A program made the position numbers and the translations under genes. This document shows, in pieces, positions 12,728 through 25,569 of a stretch of 64,000 nt of DNA. The DNA is from Chiloscyllium plagiosum (taxonomy: Eukaryota). The notes beneath the pieces are model-generated. The model was given only the letters and a program-made list of their open reading frames with translations, did no database searches and was not told the origin of the DNA. The stretch spans positions 14,233,142 to 14,297,141 of the forward strand of contig NC_057749.1 in NCBI RefSeq assembly GCF_004010195.1, read 5' to 3'. Every line of letters starts with the position of its first letter. Position 1 is the first letter of the stretch.

Positions 12728-12935
12728 TCATCTGAAGGTTATGATGTGGAGGTTATGGTGTTGGACTGAGGTGGACAACACCAGTCACATGACAGCAAGT
12801 CATAGTCCAACAGGTTTATTTGAAATTATAAGCTTTTGGAGCCAAAAGAGCAGCGCTCTGAAAGCTTGTGATTTCAACTAAACCTGTTGGACTATCACCT
12901 GGTGTCATGTGACTTCTGATTTCATCTGAAGGTTA
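12728..12935. mobile_element. Family 2 inverted-repeat insertion with 14-bp TSD
   Basis: TCATCTGAAGGTTA at 12728-12741 and 12922-12935. Arms atagtccaacaggtttatttgaaat / atttcaactaaacctgttggactat. Partial hammerhead gagcagcgctctgaaagctt. Confidence 0.8.
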
Positions 12936-13139
12936 GCACCTTTGATAATGTAGCATTCACTCAGTTATAAGTAAAACGTTGCATATAACATTCCCTTTAT
13001 GCAGCATGACTGCACAGTTCCACACACACCAATCAGTGTGTCAACATACATTGACTTTTATTTTCTGTTCCATACACAGGATCATAGAGGTCGGCACATT
13101 GAAAAGAGAAATATTAGAGGGCATATTGTCAATGCACGC

Positions 13140-13305
13140 TAGAAATCTGAAATAAAAACAGAAACTGCTAGAGAAACTCAGCAACATCCATGGCAAGAGA
13201 AACAGAGTTAACATTTCAAATCCAGTATGATTCTTCTTCAGAATAATTCAATGTTTTTCATTTTCAGACTTGCTGAGTTTCTCCAGTCCTTTCTGTTTTT
13301 AGTTA
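13140..13305. mobile_element. Family 3 inverted-repeat PLE-derived insertion (degenerate)
   Basis: Arms aaaaacagaaactgctagagaaactcagca / tgctgagtttctccagtcctttctgttttt. Minus strand carries ctgaagaagaatcatactggatttgaaatgtt. Confidence 0.6.
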
Positions 13306-13404
13306 GTACTGACTCAATGCTGTACTGGGTTTTATTCCTTGGAGTGGCACTTAAACCCACAGTGTTTTGACCCACTCAGAGGCCAGAATGAGGATCAACT
13401 AACA

Positions 13405-13720
13405 CAATAGATTAGATTAGATTCCCTACAGTGTGGAAACAGGCCCTTCGGCCCAACCAGTCCACACTGACCCTCCCACCCAGACTCATTTTCCTCTGAC
13501 TAATTGACCTAACACTATGGGGCAACTTAGCATCGCCAATTCACCTGGTCTGTATGTCTTTGGACTGTGGGAGGAAACCGGAGCACCTGGAGGAAACCCA
13601 CACAGACACAGGGAGAATGTGCAAACTCCACACAGACAGTTACCAGAGGCTGGAATTGAACCTGGAACTCTGGTGCTTTGAGGCAGCAGTGGTAACTACA
13701 CTGAGCCACTGTTCCGCCCA
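13405..13720 (-). mobile_element. HE1/V-SINE-like tRNA-derived SINE
   Basis: Reverse complement of 57473-57792, including the (agatt)n tail and the gggcggaacagtggctcagtg head. Confidence 0.85.
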
Positions 13721-14884
13721 TGAAGGCATGGATGTGTTCAGAAGCTCATCTCAGGTCAAATATGGCACCAAAGTTGTGAGCAGTCTTGTTCAACGTCAGT
13801 TGTCACAAGGTGAAAGTTGGTAAATAGAGTCCATCCAATATTCAGTTGGTGGAAATTTCAACTCCTTTAATAATGTAGGGCGACAAATAGTCTGACAATT
13901 TCAAGATGGCAGAGAGAACACAGACAGAGAGGGGAGTTAGAACTGCATAGCATTAGCTGCAGCATCAATTTCTGCCTGGACACTGAAAGGCATCATAGAG
14001 GTGATAAATAAGACACAATCAACAATACATCCTTAGGGGATGGGAAAGGTAATGGTGTGAGAACATGAAGTCATTGTAAGTGATTCTCTGGCTGGTTGGA
14101 TATACATATGAATGTATGCAGTGAATGCAGTTTCATTCAGTTGGATGGAGGAGAAGCACTGCAAGAGGAGGATGTGGCCAAACATGGCAAAGGCTGCAAA
14201 GACAGTTCATGAAGGATAAAGACATTTAGCTTTGGTGCATTGAAACAGGGTTTCGTTGGGACATCAGTAAGAATCTTTCTGGTACAGAGAGGAGACACAA
14301 TGTGAGTTTCAGATATACAGTTCTGGAAAAGTGAAACAGATTTGGGAAGTGATGGCATGTTAAAGGACTATGGAAGGGAAAGAGAGTTAGAAAGAAGGCT
14401 GTAATTTTGCAAAACAGGGATCATAAGCATTGTTTTTAAAGGAGAAAGAAAGACAATGACAGCAGATGAAAATAGTACCTGAGGAGAAAGAACAATTAAA
14501 ATTCACTAGAATTGGACCTAGGGAAGAAAGTTAGGTGATCAACAGTTCAATGAGAATAGATTCAGGAAGGAGGTGGGTCTCGAGGACATTGCGAGCTGGA
14601 AGAGGTTGAGGGTGGAGAAGAGAGAAACTAGAGAAGTATAGCAGTTTTGGCTGGGGTTGGGAGGAGACCTGAAGTTGAGTTTAATGGGTAAGTAGGAAGA
14701 GAGGGAAGCAGCAGAGGCAGCAAATTGAATGGTCTCAATTTTAATAACAATCTAGTGATATCACCACACAGGGTAAGAGTGAAGAATATGGGAAGATGTA
14801 AGGAAATGGTTTCCAAAGGAGAAATCCATTCCACCCCACAACAATCTGGTAATGAATAGCTAAATCAGTTGGCCATCTTTTCCA

Positions 14885-15020
14885 AACAGAAGGGTCATTT
14901 GACCTGAAATATTAACTCTGATTTCTCTCCACAGATGCTGCCAAACCTGCTGAGTTCTTCCCAGCAATTTCTAGTTTTTTGTTGCTTATTTACAGCATCC
15001 GCAGTTCTTTCGGTTTTTGT
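14885..15020 (+). mobile_element. Family 3 PLE terminal-repeat fragment
   Basis: gaagggtcatttgacctgaaatattaactctgatttctctccacagatgctgcc matches 10828-10910 and 50012-50100. Confidence 0.65.
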
Positions 15021-16029
15021 CTACCGTATCCATTAAGTCTGTGTTCCTTCGATATAATGTATTGTAAATGAGGGATCCACCAGAAAGAGGGGCAAATAGT
15101 TTTCATGGGGACCAGGACAACAAAAGCATTAACAGATTGGTAACTGCGTCTGGTGGAGAGAAGGCCAGGCAGTTAGGATTTTGAAAGTGCAATTGTAAGT
15201 GACTTGGGAGACAGTGTTTCTTTCCCCCAACAGGGACAACAAAAATGGAAGTAGACGTTAGGGAAGAAAGTGATCCAATCTGTGAACGAAACCATGAGAG
15301 CAGAAAGACAATGCAAGATGTCACAGTTTTGTGTATGTCTTTGGTGTTGGGGGGAGGGGGAAGATGCAGCTGTGAATACAAATTGGAATGCTTTTATGGA
15401 GAGATCAAGAGAAGGGTAGGATGGCCTGAATCTTATAGCGAGAGAGAGAGAGAGAAAGCACATGAAGAATTAAGATGGAGGTTCAAATTACCAAGGAGAA
15501 GTATTGGGTTTTGTATACTCCAGCCAATTAGTAAAATACCAGTAAGCTTCCCAGCATTTTCATTACCCTGACTAGCCACAGGGAAAGGTTGGAATTCAAT
15601 GTAAATAAATGAGTCTGACAAATATCCCCATTCTTTCAAGTGGTTAAAATGATGCCAATTGTCAAATGGTGATGATCATTATTTCACATTACAAATGGGG
15701 AGAAAGCATAACCTACAATTCTATATAACTTAGGTCTGGGAAAGAATTTACAGAGGTTATTGAAATTCAAGGCATATATGTTCTGCAGATTTCAGTGAGA
15801 AATTATGACAGTTGGCCTAAGGGACAACACTTACATCAGGGGTGGCTACAAAACACAATTTGGTCTGTGGTACATGCGATTTCATTAAAGTTCACCATTT
15901 GAAGGTGAAATATATAAAGCCAAAATTTCATTCAGTAACAGAAAGCCACAAATCTTTGCTGCATGAATCGGCTTCATTCACAACTTAAGTGTGATCTTGA
16001 TAGTGAGACAGGAACCTCAAGTTGACATA

Positions 16030-17915
16030 TAAGCATGCCAACAATTGTATGAAGTTATTTTATTAATCATTTTAATGCAGACTTTAGCACATTTGATTTT
16101 GTAATTACTTTCTTTTAAAAGGAGGAATCTAAAAAGAATGTCATGTAATATCAGTGAAATATTCATACAATAATATTCAAGGAGTTATTTTGAGGCACAA
16201 GAGGCTGGAGACACAAGAGGAGGACTGTTCCATTTGCTGGCAGTCAGTTGAAACAAAAGCATTGCATCCCAGCTCCCACTTATTCCACATAACTGGGTAA
16301 AATGCAATTTTAGCTGAGGTTCTATTTATTTTCATTAAATGAGGAAAACAGAAATCTTACCTACTCGGGGCTGGTTAGAGTTATGGTACTCAAGCCTGAG
16401 ATCACAAAGCCATAGCCAACTAGTTATAACTTATGATAGCATGGCAGAAAAAAATTAATCAAAGTCTTTTGCTTCTATTGACAAATATTCTGATCAGTTA
16501 AATTACTGTAAAGTAATACTGATATATTGATGTAACTGTTCCCCTTTAATGTGTATTAAGAAAAATATATACTTGATTAGGAAAAACTTTCCACATATAC
16601 ACACAATCACTTCAGAACACAGGGTGGATTAGAATTACAGTCAACAAATGTGTCACACAAGGCTGCTCCATGAAAGGAAACTTGGCAGCACAATTCAGGA
16701 CAGTATGCCACTTGAACCGAAGATGCAGACTACTCATTGTACTCTTCACAGGGCACTGGTAATGCTGCAAACAGGCAACATCCAGGTTGACCTCATGTTC
16801 CATTTCAGAAACTACATTTGTTTTGTGATTATTCGCACCCTTTGGTTACAATTTTCATGGTATTGCCCTAAATTTCCATGAGGCGTACTGACACATTCAG
16901 GAAGAGACTACTAACTGAAAAATTTCTGAAGAGGTACCAGTGAAACTACTGCTGTTAATTGGAGTCTCCTGTTCAGTCAAATGATGCCAAACTCACTGAT
17001 CTGCCTTCAAATCCAAACAATCCATGTATTAAATAATCCAAGCAAGGAATTGTTAAATTGTTATTATGCTAAAATGACTTTTTATTATTTTGAAAGATAA
17101 ACTCAGCTATATTTTTACTGCAAAATAAAACTGGCAGAGACAGGAAATATAGATTCTGTATAAAAAGCCATGCTTGAGTTTTATTACGCCTATCTTAAGT
17201 GCAATGAAATCACATCAAGTAGCTATCACCAGAAAGACTTCCAAAGATATGACCACCATACAGTGAAAAGATTTGCACAAATTCTAATGCTGCATCCCTA
17301 AACAGCAACATACTTAATACCACCATGCTCCAGTTTCACTTAACTCCCATCTTTTCACCCTGGTTTGTTTGTTTGTATTCTTAGTGTTTTCGTTGGGATA
17401 TCATAACACGACAACATGGGGTTCCAAGTCTTCCATGATTGCCACTGACACCACTCTACAATGGAGCAGCGACCAGACTTAGATCAGCAAAACAAGTTGT
17501 CTGATGGCAAATATTTTCTCTCCACTCCTAGCAGCCCAAAAGATTACATTTGTTTGACAATCTGCTTTTGTGCAACTGACCCATTAATGCATTTTTCACA
17601 AAGTGGCTGTAGTTTTGTTTTTTCAAGGCATGATATAAGTAAACATACAAATTGTCATAGCTTCATCAACAAACATCCAAGCATCCGTTGTAAGAGCAAG
17701 TTAGAGCTTGCATATGTGCCTAAGAAAAAAATAACAAATATTTGTTGCTTAATGTAGGCATCACTTTCCAAAATGTAGAAATCTATTACATACACTTTAA
17801 ATACTGCCATTTACAAAGTCAGAACATTTACAAAAAATTGCACATTAATCCAAATTTGGTAGGAGAGAAGGGAAGAGGAAGGCCAGGAAGGGAAAGCAAG
17901 CAGCAGTCACACAGG
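16030..17915 (-). other. Probable PEAK1 3' UTR with candidate polyadenylation signals
   Basis: AT-rich stretch after the stop codon with no repeats I recognise. Minus-strand AATAAA at 17180-17185, 17081-17086, 16325-16330 and 16039-16044. The true end is unknown. Confidence 0.5.
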
Positions 17916-19037
17916 TTACTGGAGCTGGAGGAGCTTCACAATATGACTGAGGGATTCCACTGAAGCAAAGGCTAAGTACTGACAACAAAGCCAGACCTCA
18001 AGGTTAACACTGCACTCTGTATCGATGGCTTTCTCTGCAAATTTGATCATAAGTAGCGTTCGTTTTAGGTCCAGCCAGCTTTGCAATACATTATTTCTCT
18101 CTACAGTGCTGTTGAGGGAGTTGAGTGTCTGCAGCAAGTCATCGCGTGGTCCCCATAGGAGGCACTGCAAGTAGACTTTGGCATCTGAAATGAGGATGCG
18201 CTCTGAGGGATTAGGATGCAGGAGAAGACTTGCTAGCTGCTGCAGCCCCAGGGAGTAGACAGAGCGTATAGGGATGGCAGGTAGGTCTGTTCGAGTGTAT
18301 TCCTTCTCTTTGAGTTCTGGGTTTTCTTCAAATGGATTAGGTAGGTGCAACATCTCATAAATGAGTATACCTGTTTGAAACTCATCACACTTTTTGTACT
18401 GAGTGATGGTGATGATCTCAGGAGCTAGCCGAGACTGATCCTTCAAGGCTTCAAGATCTACCACCTGACTTTTCTGCTTGGCCTGGGAGAAGTTACTGAC
18501 AATCAGTCGGGCCAATTGTGCATTTGGATTGGTGTTTTCAGATTCACAATTTCCTGAGGTTCCTTGTCGACATCGCACCAAAAGCAAATTCTCCAGCCTC
18601 AAGTCACAGTGTGTAACGTGATGTGGCTTTAAGTGATTAAGGCCAGCACAGAGTTGCAGCAATAGTAAGCATACTTGTCGCTCATACATTTCAGGGTTTC
18701 TGCTGTGCCGTGGTGCTGATTCATGCACAAAGTCAGCAACAGTCTGGTATGGGACCTCTCGAGTGATAACCACCACTCGGCTTCTGTGTTTACTGGACGC
18801 TCCCTTGCAGGTGGGGTTGTTGCTTTTTATAGCACTTGAAACATCTGAGCTATCTTCATTTTCCTCCTCTTCTAATACTGGGGCGTTGGGATCCTCCCAT
18901 GGAAGCATACGGACTGGGACCTCAGCTAGGAAGTGCCCACAGTCCTGTTGGATGTTGAAGTGAACAGCAAGGCTCTGTCTTACAGCCAGACTGTGGTAGT
19001 ATAGCTGTTGGGATGCTTTAGCTTGACTTTTACAAAT
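17916..19037 (-). CDS. PEAK1: PEAK1 last coding exon (pseudokinase domain and C-terminal SHED helices)
   Basis: Acceptor cctttttccag|ATT TGT AAA (ICKSQAK...HFNIQQDCGHFLAEVP) is in frame with the 330-aa ORF containing HCDLRLENLLL, SNFSQAKQK, RLAPEI and WLDLKRTLLMIKFAE. Stop TAA at 17918-17916. Confidence 0.96.
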   Translation of the reverse strand: MCKSQAKASQQLYYHSLAVRQSLAVHFNIQQDCGHFLAEVPVRMLPWEDPNAPVLEEEENEDSSDVSSAIKSNNPTCKGASSKHRSRVVVITREVPYQTVADFVHESAPRHSRNPEMYERQVCLLLLQLCAGLNHLKPHHVTHCDLRLENLLLVRCRQGTSGNCESENTNPNAQLARLIVSNFSQAKQKSQVVDLEALKDQSRLAPEIITITQYKKCDEFQTGILIYEMLHLPNPFEENPELKEKEYTRTDLPAIPIRSVYSLGLQQLASLLLHPNPSERILISDAKVYLQCLLWGPRDDLLQTLNSLNSTVERNNVLQSWLDLKRTLLMIKFAEKAIDTECSVNLEVWLCCQYLAFASVESLSHIVKLLQLQ

Positions 19038-19198
19038 CTGGAAAAAGGATACAAGATAGGATCAGTGAAGAGGGTAACTTGCTCAGTGAACACAAAAATC
19101 TAACACCATTTCTAATGACACAGAAACTCCTGGAGCTGCATGTTGCCACCACCAGATGGAGCTTCATAATTTGCGAGTAGCCACAGCTATGCAAGAAT

Positions 19199-19430
19199 AA
19201 CTTCACATTTACATGATGTTGAGATGCTGGTGTTGGACTGGGGTAGACAAAGTTAAAAATCACACAACACCAGTTTATAGTCCAACAGATTTATGTTGAA
19301 GCACTAGCTTTCGAAGCACTAGCTTTCATCAGGTAGTTGAAGAAGGAGCAGTGCTCCAAAAGTTAGTGCTTCCAAATAAACCTGTTGGACTATAACCTGG
19401 TGTTGTGTGATTTTTAACTTTACATTTACA
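19199..19430. mobile_element. Family 2 inverted-repeat insertion with TSD, about 160 bp upstream of the last PEAK1 exon acceptor
   Basis: AACTTCACATTTACA (19199-19213) and AACTTTACATTTACA (19416-19430). Arms of about 19250-19332 and 19338-19421. Minus strand reads CTGATGAaagctagtgcttcGAAAGCTA. Confidence 0.82.
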
Positions 19431-21058
19431 GCACTTACCCGGAACTCAGCACAATCAGATCTTTGACCAAATGCAAGGCTTCATCGATATGAGACCCCTC
19501 TTCATCTAACCCCAATATATTTTACAACATGTCTTTGCCCACTTTTTGTGAAATGCCCTTTTTACTATGTTTTAAGTAATCTTTGTGACAGCTAATTCCA
19601 CATTCTAACCAATCTCTGGGTAAAAACATTTTTCCTGAATTGCTTGTGGGATTTATTAGTGACTATATTATATCAATGACCCTCTAGTTCTGGATTTCCC
19701 CACAATCAGCACATTTTCCCCAAGTCTACCCTAGAATTTCACATACTTGTATTAGGCTTTCAACTGTGACCAACTACCTGACAAGACCTATGTGGAGAGC
19801 AAGTAGAAAAGTTTCTCTCACACATCCAACAAGAGACAAGTGTTACCATTCGGACACAGGATCCCTGCTTGATTTACCCTCTCTGAAATATTTAGTGTCT
19901 TTAATATGGGAAAAGACCCCATTTACTTCTGAGGCATTATATCTTCTTTTTAAATGATTAAAAATTTAAATTAAATATGGTCAAAATGGGAGTTGAAGAG
20001 GAACTTAAAATAGGAGAAGGATAAAATGGTTTTAATGATGTAATTCCAGACCATTAGGCACAGATGGCTGAAGACTTGGAGGTTAATACTGGGGCAAGTA
20101 TAAAAAGGTATATATGCTATTGGCCAGACAAAGAAAATTCTAAGAGGGCATGTGGATGTTGGGCAGGATGATAGTTAGAGATAGGGAGACACAAAGCCAT
20201 GAAGAGATTTAAACATAAAAAATATTAAAATTAGTGTGGGGGATACTGGTCAGTGGAAACATGCCTCTCCAGTGTGCGAGACATGATGTAGTGTAGGGTA
20301 TGAACTGAAGTTTACAGAAGATGGACAATGTCAAGAGAACAATGCAACAGTTGCTAGACCACAAAGTATACTGGAAAGCAAATGTACTTTGTATGTTTTT
20401 TAAATATCACAATTAACAGCAGCCAAAGCAGAAGGCAAATAACAAACAACCCATTCTCCTAAGCAAGCTTCATTGGAGAAACATCCAGATGCTTTCAATG
20501 GCTCAGCTAAAAATTGATAGCATGGACCCAAGTTTGATTCTCAGTCTGTGATACATGGGTTGATCTCAGATGTTACTGCTGTAAGGGCCTTCATAATGAC
20601 TGAATGAGGCCCATTAATAACACAGATATATCAGTGATGGAATAATCAGGCTTAACTACGACACCTTCAGCACCAAAGAGCTCAGCAGCATTCATAGCCC
20701 AGGCAGAGACATAGACATGGATTCATAATGCCCATGAAGCCATAATCAGCCTTTTGTAGAGGGCAAGCAGATTAGGCTGAAAATTGTGACTGTGTATCTC
20801 AGTCCTCAGACATTCAATATGCACTTTTATTGAGACAAAGACTAGTTCTTATAAATTTTACATTGCTCAGAGCACTAAAACATGTGAACGTGATTACCAC
20901 AACAATAAAGTGGCAATTTAATTCTTAAAATAAACTAAATTATCAAATAATTTGGAGTTAACATCTTTCCATTAAAACTAGCCTATTGGGTTGATTAATG
21001 CACTGTTAACAATGCTCTAAGTAACACTATGAACGTAAAGGTAACAATTTTATTATTT

Positions 21059-23072
21059 AGAGTCATAGAGATGTACAGCATGGAAACAGACCCTTTGGTC
21101 CAACCCGTCCATGCCAACCAGAGATCCCAACCCAATCTAGTCCCATCTGCCAGCACCCGGCCCATACCCCTCCAAACCCTTCCTATTCATATACCCATCC
21201 AAATGTCTCTTAAATGTTGCAATTGGACCAGCCTCCACCACTTCTTCTGGCAGCTCATTCCATACATGTACCACCCTCTGCATGAAAAAGTTGCCCCTTA
21301 GGTCTCTTTTATATCTTTCCTCTCTCACCCTAANNNNNNNNNNNNNNNNNNNNNNNNNNNNNNNNNNNNNNNNNNNNNNNNNNNNNNNNNNNNNNNNNNN
21401 NNNNNNNNNNNNNNNNNNNNNNNNNNNNNNNNNNNNNNNNNNNNNNNNNNNNNNNNNNNNNNNNNNNNNNNNNNNNNNNNNNNNNNNNNNNNNNNNNNNN
21501 NNNNNNNNNNNNNNNNNNNNNNNNNNNNNNNNNNNNNNNNNNNNNNNNNNNNNNNNNNNNNNNNNNNNNNNNNNNNNNNNNNNNNNNNNNNNNNNNNNNN
21601 NNNNNNNNNNNNNNNNNNNNNNNNNNNNNNNNNNNNNNNNNNNNNNNNNNNNNNNNNNNNNNNNNNNNNNNNNNNNNNNNNNNNNNNNNNNNNNNNNNNN
21701 NNNNNNNNNNNNNNNNNNNNNNNNNNNNNNNNNNNNNNNNNNNNNNNNNNNNNNNNNNNNNNNNNNNNNNNNNNNNNNNNNNNNNNNNNNNNNNNNNNNN
21801 NNNNNNNNNNNNNNNNNNNNNNNNNNNNNNNNNNNNNNNNNNNNACCACTCTGCCCTCATCAATCCTCTTTATTACTTCTTCAAAAAACTCAATCAAGTT
21901 TGTGAGACATGATTTCCCACACACAAAGCCATGTTGACTATCCCTAATCAGTCCTTGCCTTTCCAAATACATGTACATCCTATCCCTCAGGATTCCCTCC
22001 AACAACTTGCCCACCACCGTGGTCAGGCTCACCGGTCTATAGTTCCCTGGCTTGTCTTTACTGCCCTTCTTAAACAGTGACACCACGTTTGCCAACCTCC
22101 AGTCTTCTGACACCTCACCTGTGACTATCGATGATACAAATATCTCAGCAAGAGGTCCAATAATCACTGCTCTCACTTCCCACAGAGTTCTCGGGTACAC
22201 CTGATCAGGTCCTGGGGATTTATCAACCTTTACCCGTTTCAAGACATCCAGCACTTCCTCCTCTGTAATCTGGACTTTTTGCAAGATGTCACCATCTATT
22301 TCCCTACAGTCTATATTTTCCATATCCTTTTCCACAGTAAATGCTGATGCAAAATATTTATTTAGTATCTCCCCCATTTTCTGTGGCTCCACACAAAGGC
22401 CACCTTGCTGACCTTTGAGGGACCCTATTCTCTCCCTAGGTATCCTTTTGTCCTTAATGTATTTGTAAAAACCCTTTGGATTCTCCTTAATTCTATTTGC
22501 CAAAGCTATCTCATGTCCCCTTTTTGCTCCCCTGATTTCCCTCTTAAGTATACTCCTACTTTCTTTATACTCTTCTAAGGATTCAACTGATCTATCCTGT
22601 CTATACCTGACATATGCTTCCTTCTTTTTCTTAAACAAACCCTCAATTTCTTTAGTCATCCAACATTCCCTATACCTACCAGCTTTTCCTTTAACCCTGA
22701 CAGGAATATACTTTCTCTGGATTCTTGTTATCTCATTTCTGAAGGCTTCCCATTTTCCAGCCGTCCCTTTACCTGCGAACATCTGCTTCCAATCAGCTTT
22801 CCAAAGTTCTTGCCTAATACCGTCAAAATTGGCCTTTCTCCAATTTAGAACTTCAACTTTTAGATCTGGTCTATCCTTTTCCATCACCATTTTAAAACGG
22901 ATAGAATTATGGTCGCTGGCCCCAAAGTGCTCCCCCACTGACACCTCAGTCAAGTGCCCTGCCTTATTTCCCAAGAGTAGGTCAAGTTTTGCAATTTCTG
23001 TAGTAGGTACATCCACAAACTGAATCAGAAAATTGCCTTGTACACACTTAAGAAATTCCTCTCCATTTAAAA
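21059..23072 (-). mobile_element. Young 5'-truncated CR1 LINE (ORF2: end of endonuclease, tether, start of RT; gap; 3' tail)
   Basis: About 410 stop-free codons with LDLLLGN, GASDHNSI, KSPGPDQVYPR, PGNYRPVSLT and QHGFVCGKSCLTNLIEFF. The 3' piece reads FFMQRVVHVWNELPEEVV with a ctctatgactct tail. Confidence 0.93.
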
Positions 23073-23714
23073 TCAATCACCAATTCATCCTCAGTCACAA
23101 AAAGCAAGACAATAAACTTGAATTCTGAATTATACCTGAAAAGTGCCTGAATTTTCAGCAAAGATAGGATAGAACTGATCTCCAGAAATAAAGTTTATTT
23201 ATATTTAATTGTGAATAATGTCTGGTGTTTCAAAGTTCAGACAGTGCTATTGAAGTACAAATAGAAACTTCACAGTCCTACAGGGAAATAACAGAAATTA
23301 AAGACTGAGTTCCTAACTGGCAGGCAAGTTCCTTTTGTCCAACTTCATTAACAGACTGTGGAATGAGTTACCAGATAACCTGACAAGAACATTCAAGATG
23401 ATCACTGATGTAGGTAATAACCTTCAAAGACTTGAATTTCATCGCAGTGGAAGCTTTAATGCATAAATGCTGAATCCCAAGACATCATCTTCTTCAGTTT
23501 TGAGTTATGTAAACCAGCTCCATAAAATGTCAAAGAATTGACAGGAAACCAAATCAATTTTAGTACTGTAATCAATTTACAGTATTAGATTTATTGCCAT
23601 ACAATACACTGAGATCTGATAAAAAATGCCATTTAAAGTCTGGCGTATGATCATAATAGGCAGAGTGTGGGAAAAGACCATAAACGATCCCTGTTAGCGC
23701 ATCTAATTGTTGAC

Positions 23715-23868
23715 TAAACCAGATTCCTAAAGAAGGGCTTATGCCCGAAACGTCGATTCTCCTGTTCCCTGGATGCTGCCTGACCTGCTGCGCTTTTCCA
23801 GCAACACATTTCCAGCTCTGATCTCCAGCATCTGCAGACCTCACTTTCTCCTCAAAGATTTAAACCAG
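23715..23868 (+). mobile_element. Solo family 1 PLE terminal repeat
   Basis: Near-identical to 936-1025 and 505-598. Hammerhead core changed to CTAAAGA. Possible 8-bp TSD TAAACCAG (23715-23722 / 23861-23868). Confidence 0.8.
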
Positions 23869-24013
23869 GCATACCCAAAAGGTTTTGTTTTCAAGGTATG
23901 TGCCCCATTAAAAAACCTATTATTTGCTTCTTGTTCAAGAATCAAATTATTGACACCAACAGATCTCACTTTCCTGATTTAGTGTTTGTTCACCAATAGG
24001 GCAACAGCAGCAA

Positions 24014-24244
24014 TAAGAAATACAAAGTTAAAAATCACACAACACCAAGTTATAGTCCAACAGGTTTATTTAGAAGGTCTAGCTTTTGCAGCACTGCTCC
24101 TTCAGGACAATCACCTGATGAATGAGCAACACTCCGAAATCTGGTGCTTCCAAATAAACCTGTTGGACTATAACCTGTATGTGTGATTTTTAACTTTGTA
24201 CACCCCAGTCCAACACCGGCATCTCCAAACCATTAAGAAATACA
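24014..24244. mobile_element. Family 2 inverted-repeat insertion with 11-bp TSD
   Basis: TAAGAAATACA at 24014-24024 and 24234-24244. Arms of about 24021-24105 and 24114-24201. CTGATGA at 24115-24121 followed by a degenerate stem and GAAA. Confidence 0.82.
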
Positions 24245-24274
24245 TTTTACAAATCTACAGGACAAAGTCAGTCA

Positions 24275-24780
24275 ATAATGATGTAGTTTAACTTGAAAGG
24301 GTGCAGGAAAGATTTACAAGGATGTTGCCAGGATTGGTGGGTTCGAGTTATGGGGAGAAGCTGGTGAGGCTGGGGCTATTTTCCCTGGATTATCAGAGGC
24401 TGAGGGGTGATTTTTGAGGTTGATAAAACAGTGAGGGGTATGGGGAGGACAAATACCCAAGATCTCTTTCCTAAGGTAGGGGAGTCCAAAACTAGAGGGC
24501 ATAGGTTTAAGGTGAGAGGGGGAAAAGATATAAAAAGGATCCGAAGGGATACCTTTTTCATGCAGTGTGTGGAGCATGAATGGAACAAGCTGCCAGAGGT
24601 GGTGGAGGCAGTGGGTACAAGAACAACATTTAAAAAGCATCTGGATGGGTTTATAAATAGAAAGGGCTTAGAGATTTATGGGCTAAATGCGAGCAAATGG
24701 GACTAGGTCAGACTGGGATGTCTGATCAGTGTGGACAAGCTGAACCAAATGGTCTGTTTCCATGCTATATGACTCTATAA
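24275..24780 (+). mobile_element. CR1 LINE 3' fragment
   Basis: ORF reads LFPKVGESKTRGHRFKVRG...WNKLPEVVEA. Tail gctatatgactctat. Confidence 0.85.
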
Positions 24781-25569
24781 GCAGTTCAAATGCTCACATA
24801 AGCAAGTTGCTTGGGCTGTTAGCAGAATTGTTACGGTTTTAAGATCATGTTACCAACAGGTTGTAGTTGGAAGATCTGTTATCTTAAAATGACTCCAAAA
24901 TCTTTGTATTCAGAGAACTTGCAGGAAGGACTGAGTACCTTTTGAACAAAAAACACTCAAACATAAATTATATTGTTGTTGTGTTTTCTTAAAAACAAGC
25001 TAACTTTGCTCAGAGCAGAGATTGAATTGAAAAGAGTGGTAGTTCAGAATCAAAGTCGGTGGGAAGTCTCACATTTAAAATCTTTTGACTCAACGCTAAA
25101 TTGCCAATGATTATTCCCTACCCACTTTTAGCATGACCTTCCCTGTTTCAGGAATTTTACTATTCCAAGGTTGTCTCATGTCTGACATTACACTCCCAGA
25201 ATATTTGCAGACACAGTGACAAAGCCAGGCATTTTCCAGTTGGTACTGTGTTGTGACAAAGCACAAGTTTACTCTTGGCTTTTTTTTGAGTGGGATGGAA
25301 TCAAACTTTTTTTCAATTGAGAATCTTAGATACCACAAATTCTTATATTTGACTAATCTCATTATTAAACAAAAATTACTGAAGATTCTTTTAAACTAAA
25401 AGGAAGAATGTAAATATTAATATAAAAATATTTACACTTACTAGCAAACAAAACTCCATGCAATCATACAAAAACATAAAATGTACAGCAAGATGTCAGG
25501 CACCAGGCTGCATTAAAATTACACTATATTAATATAAACAATTTATGATCCTTTACATACACATTCTCT

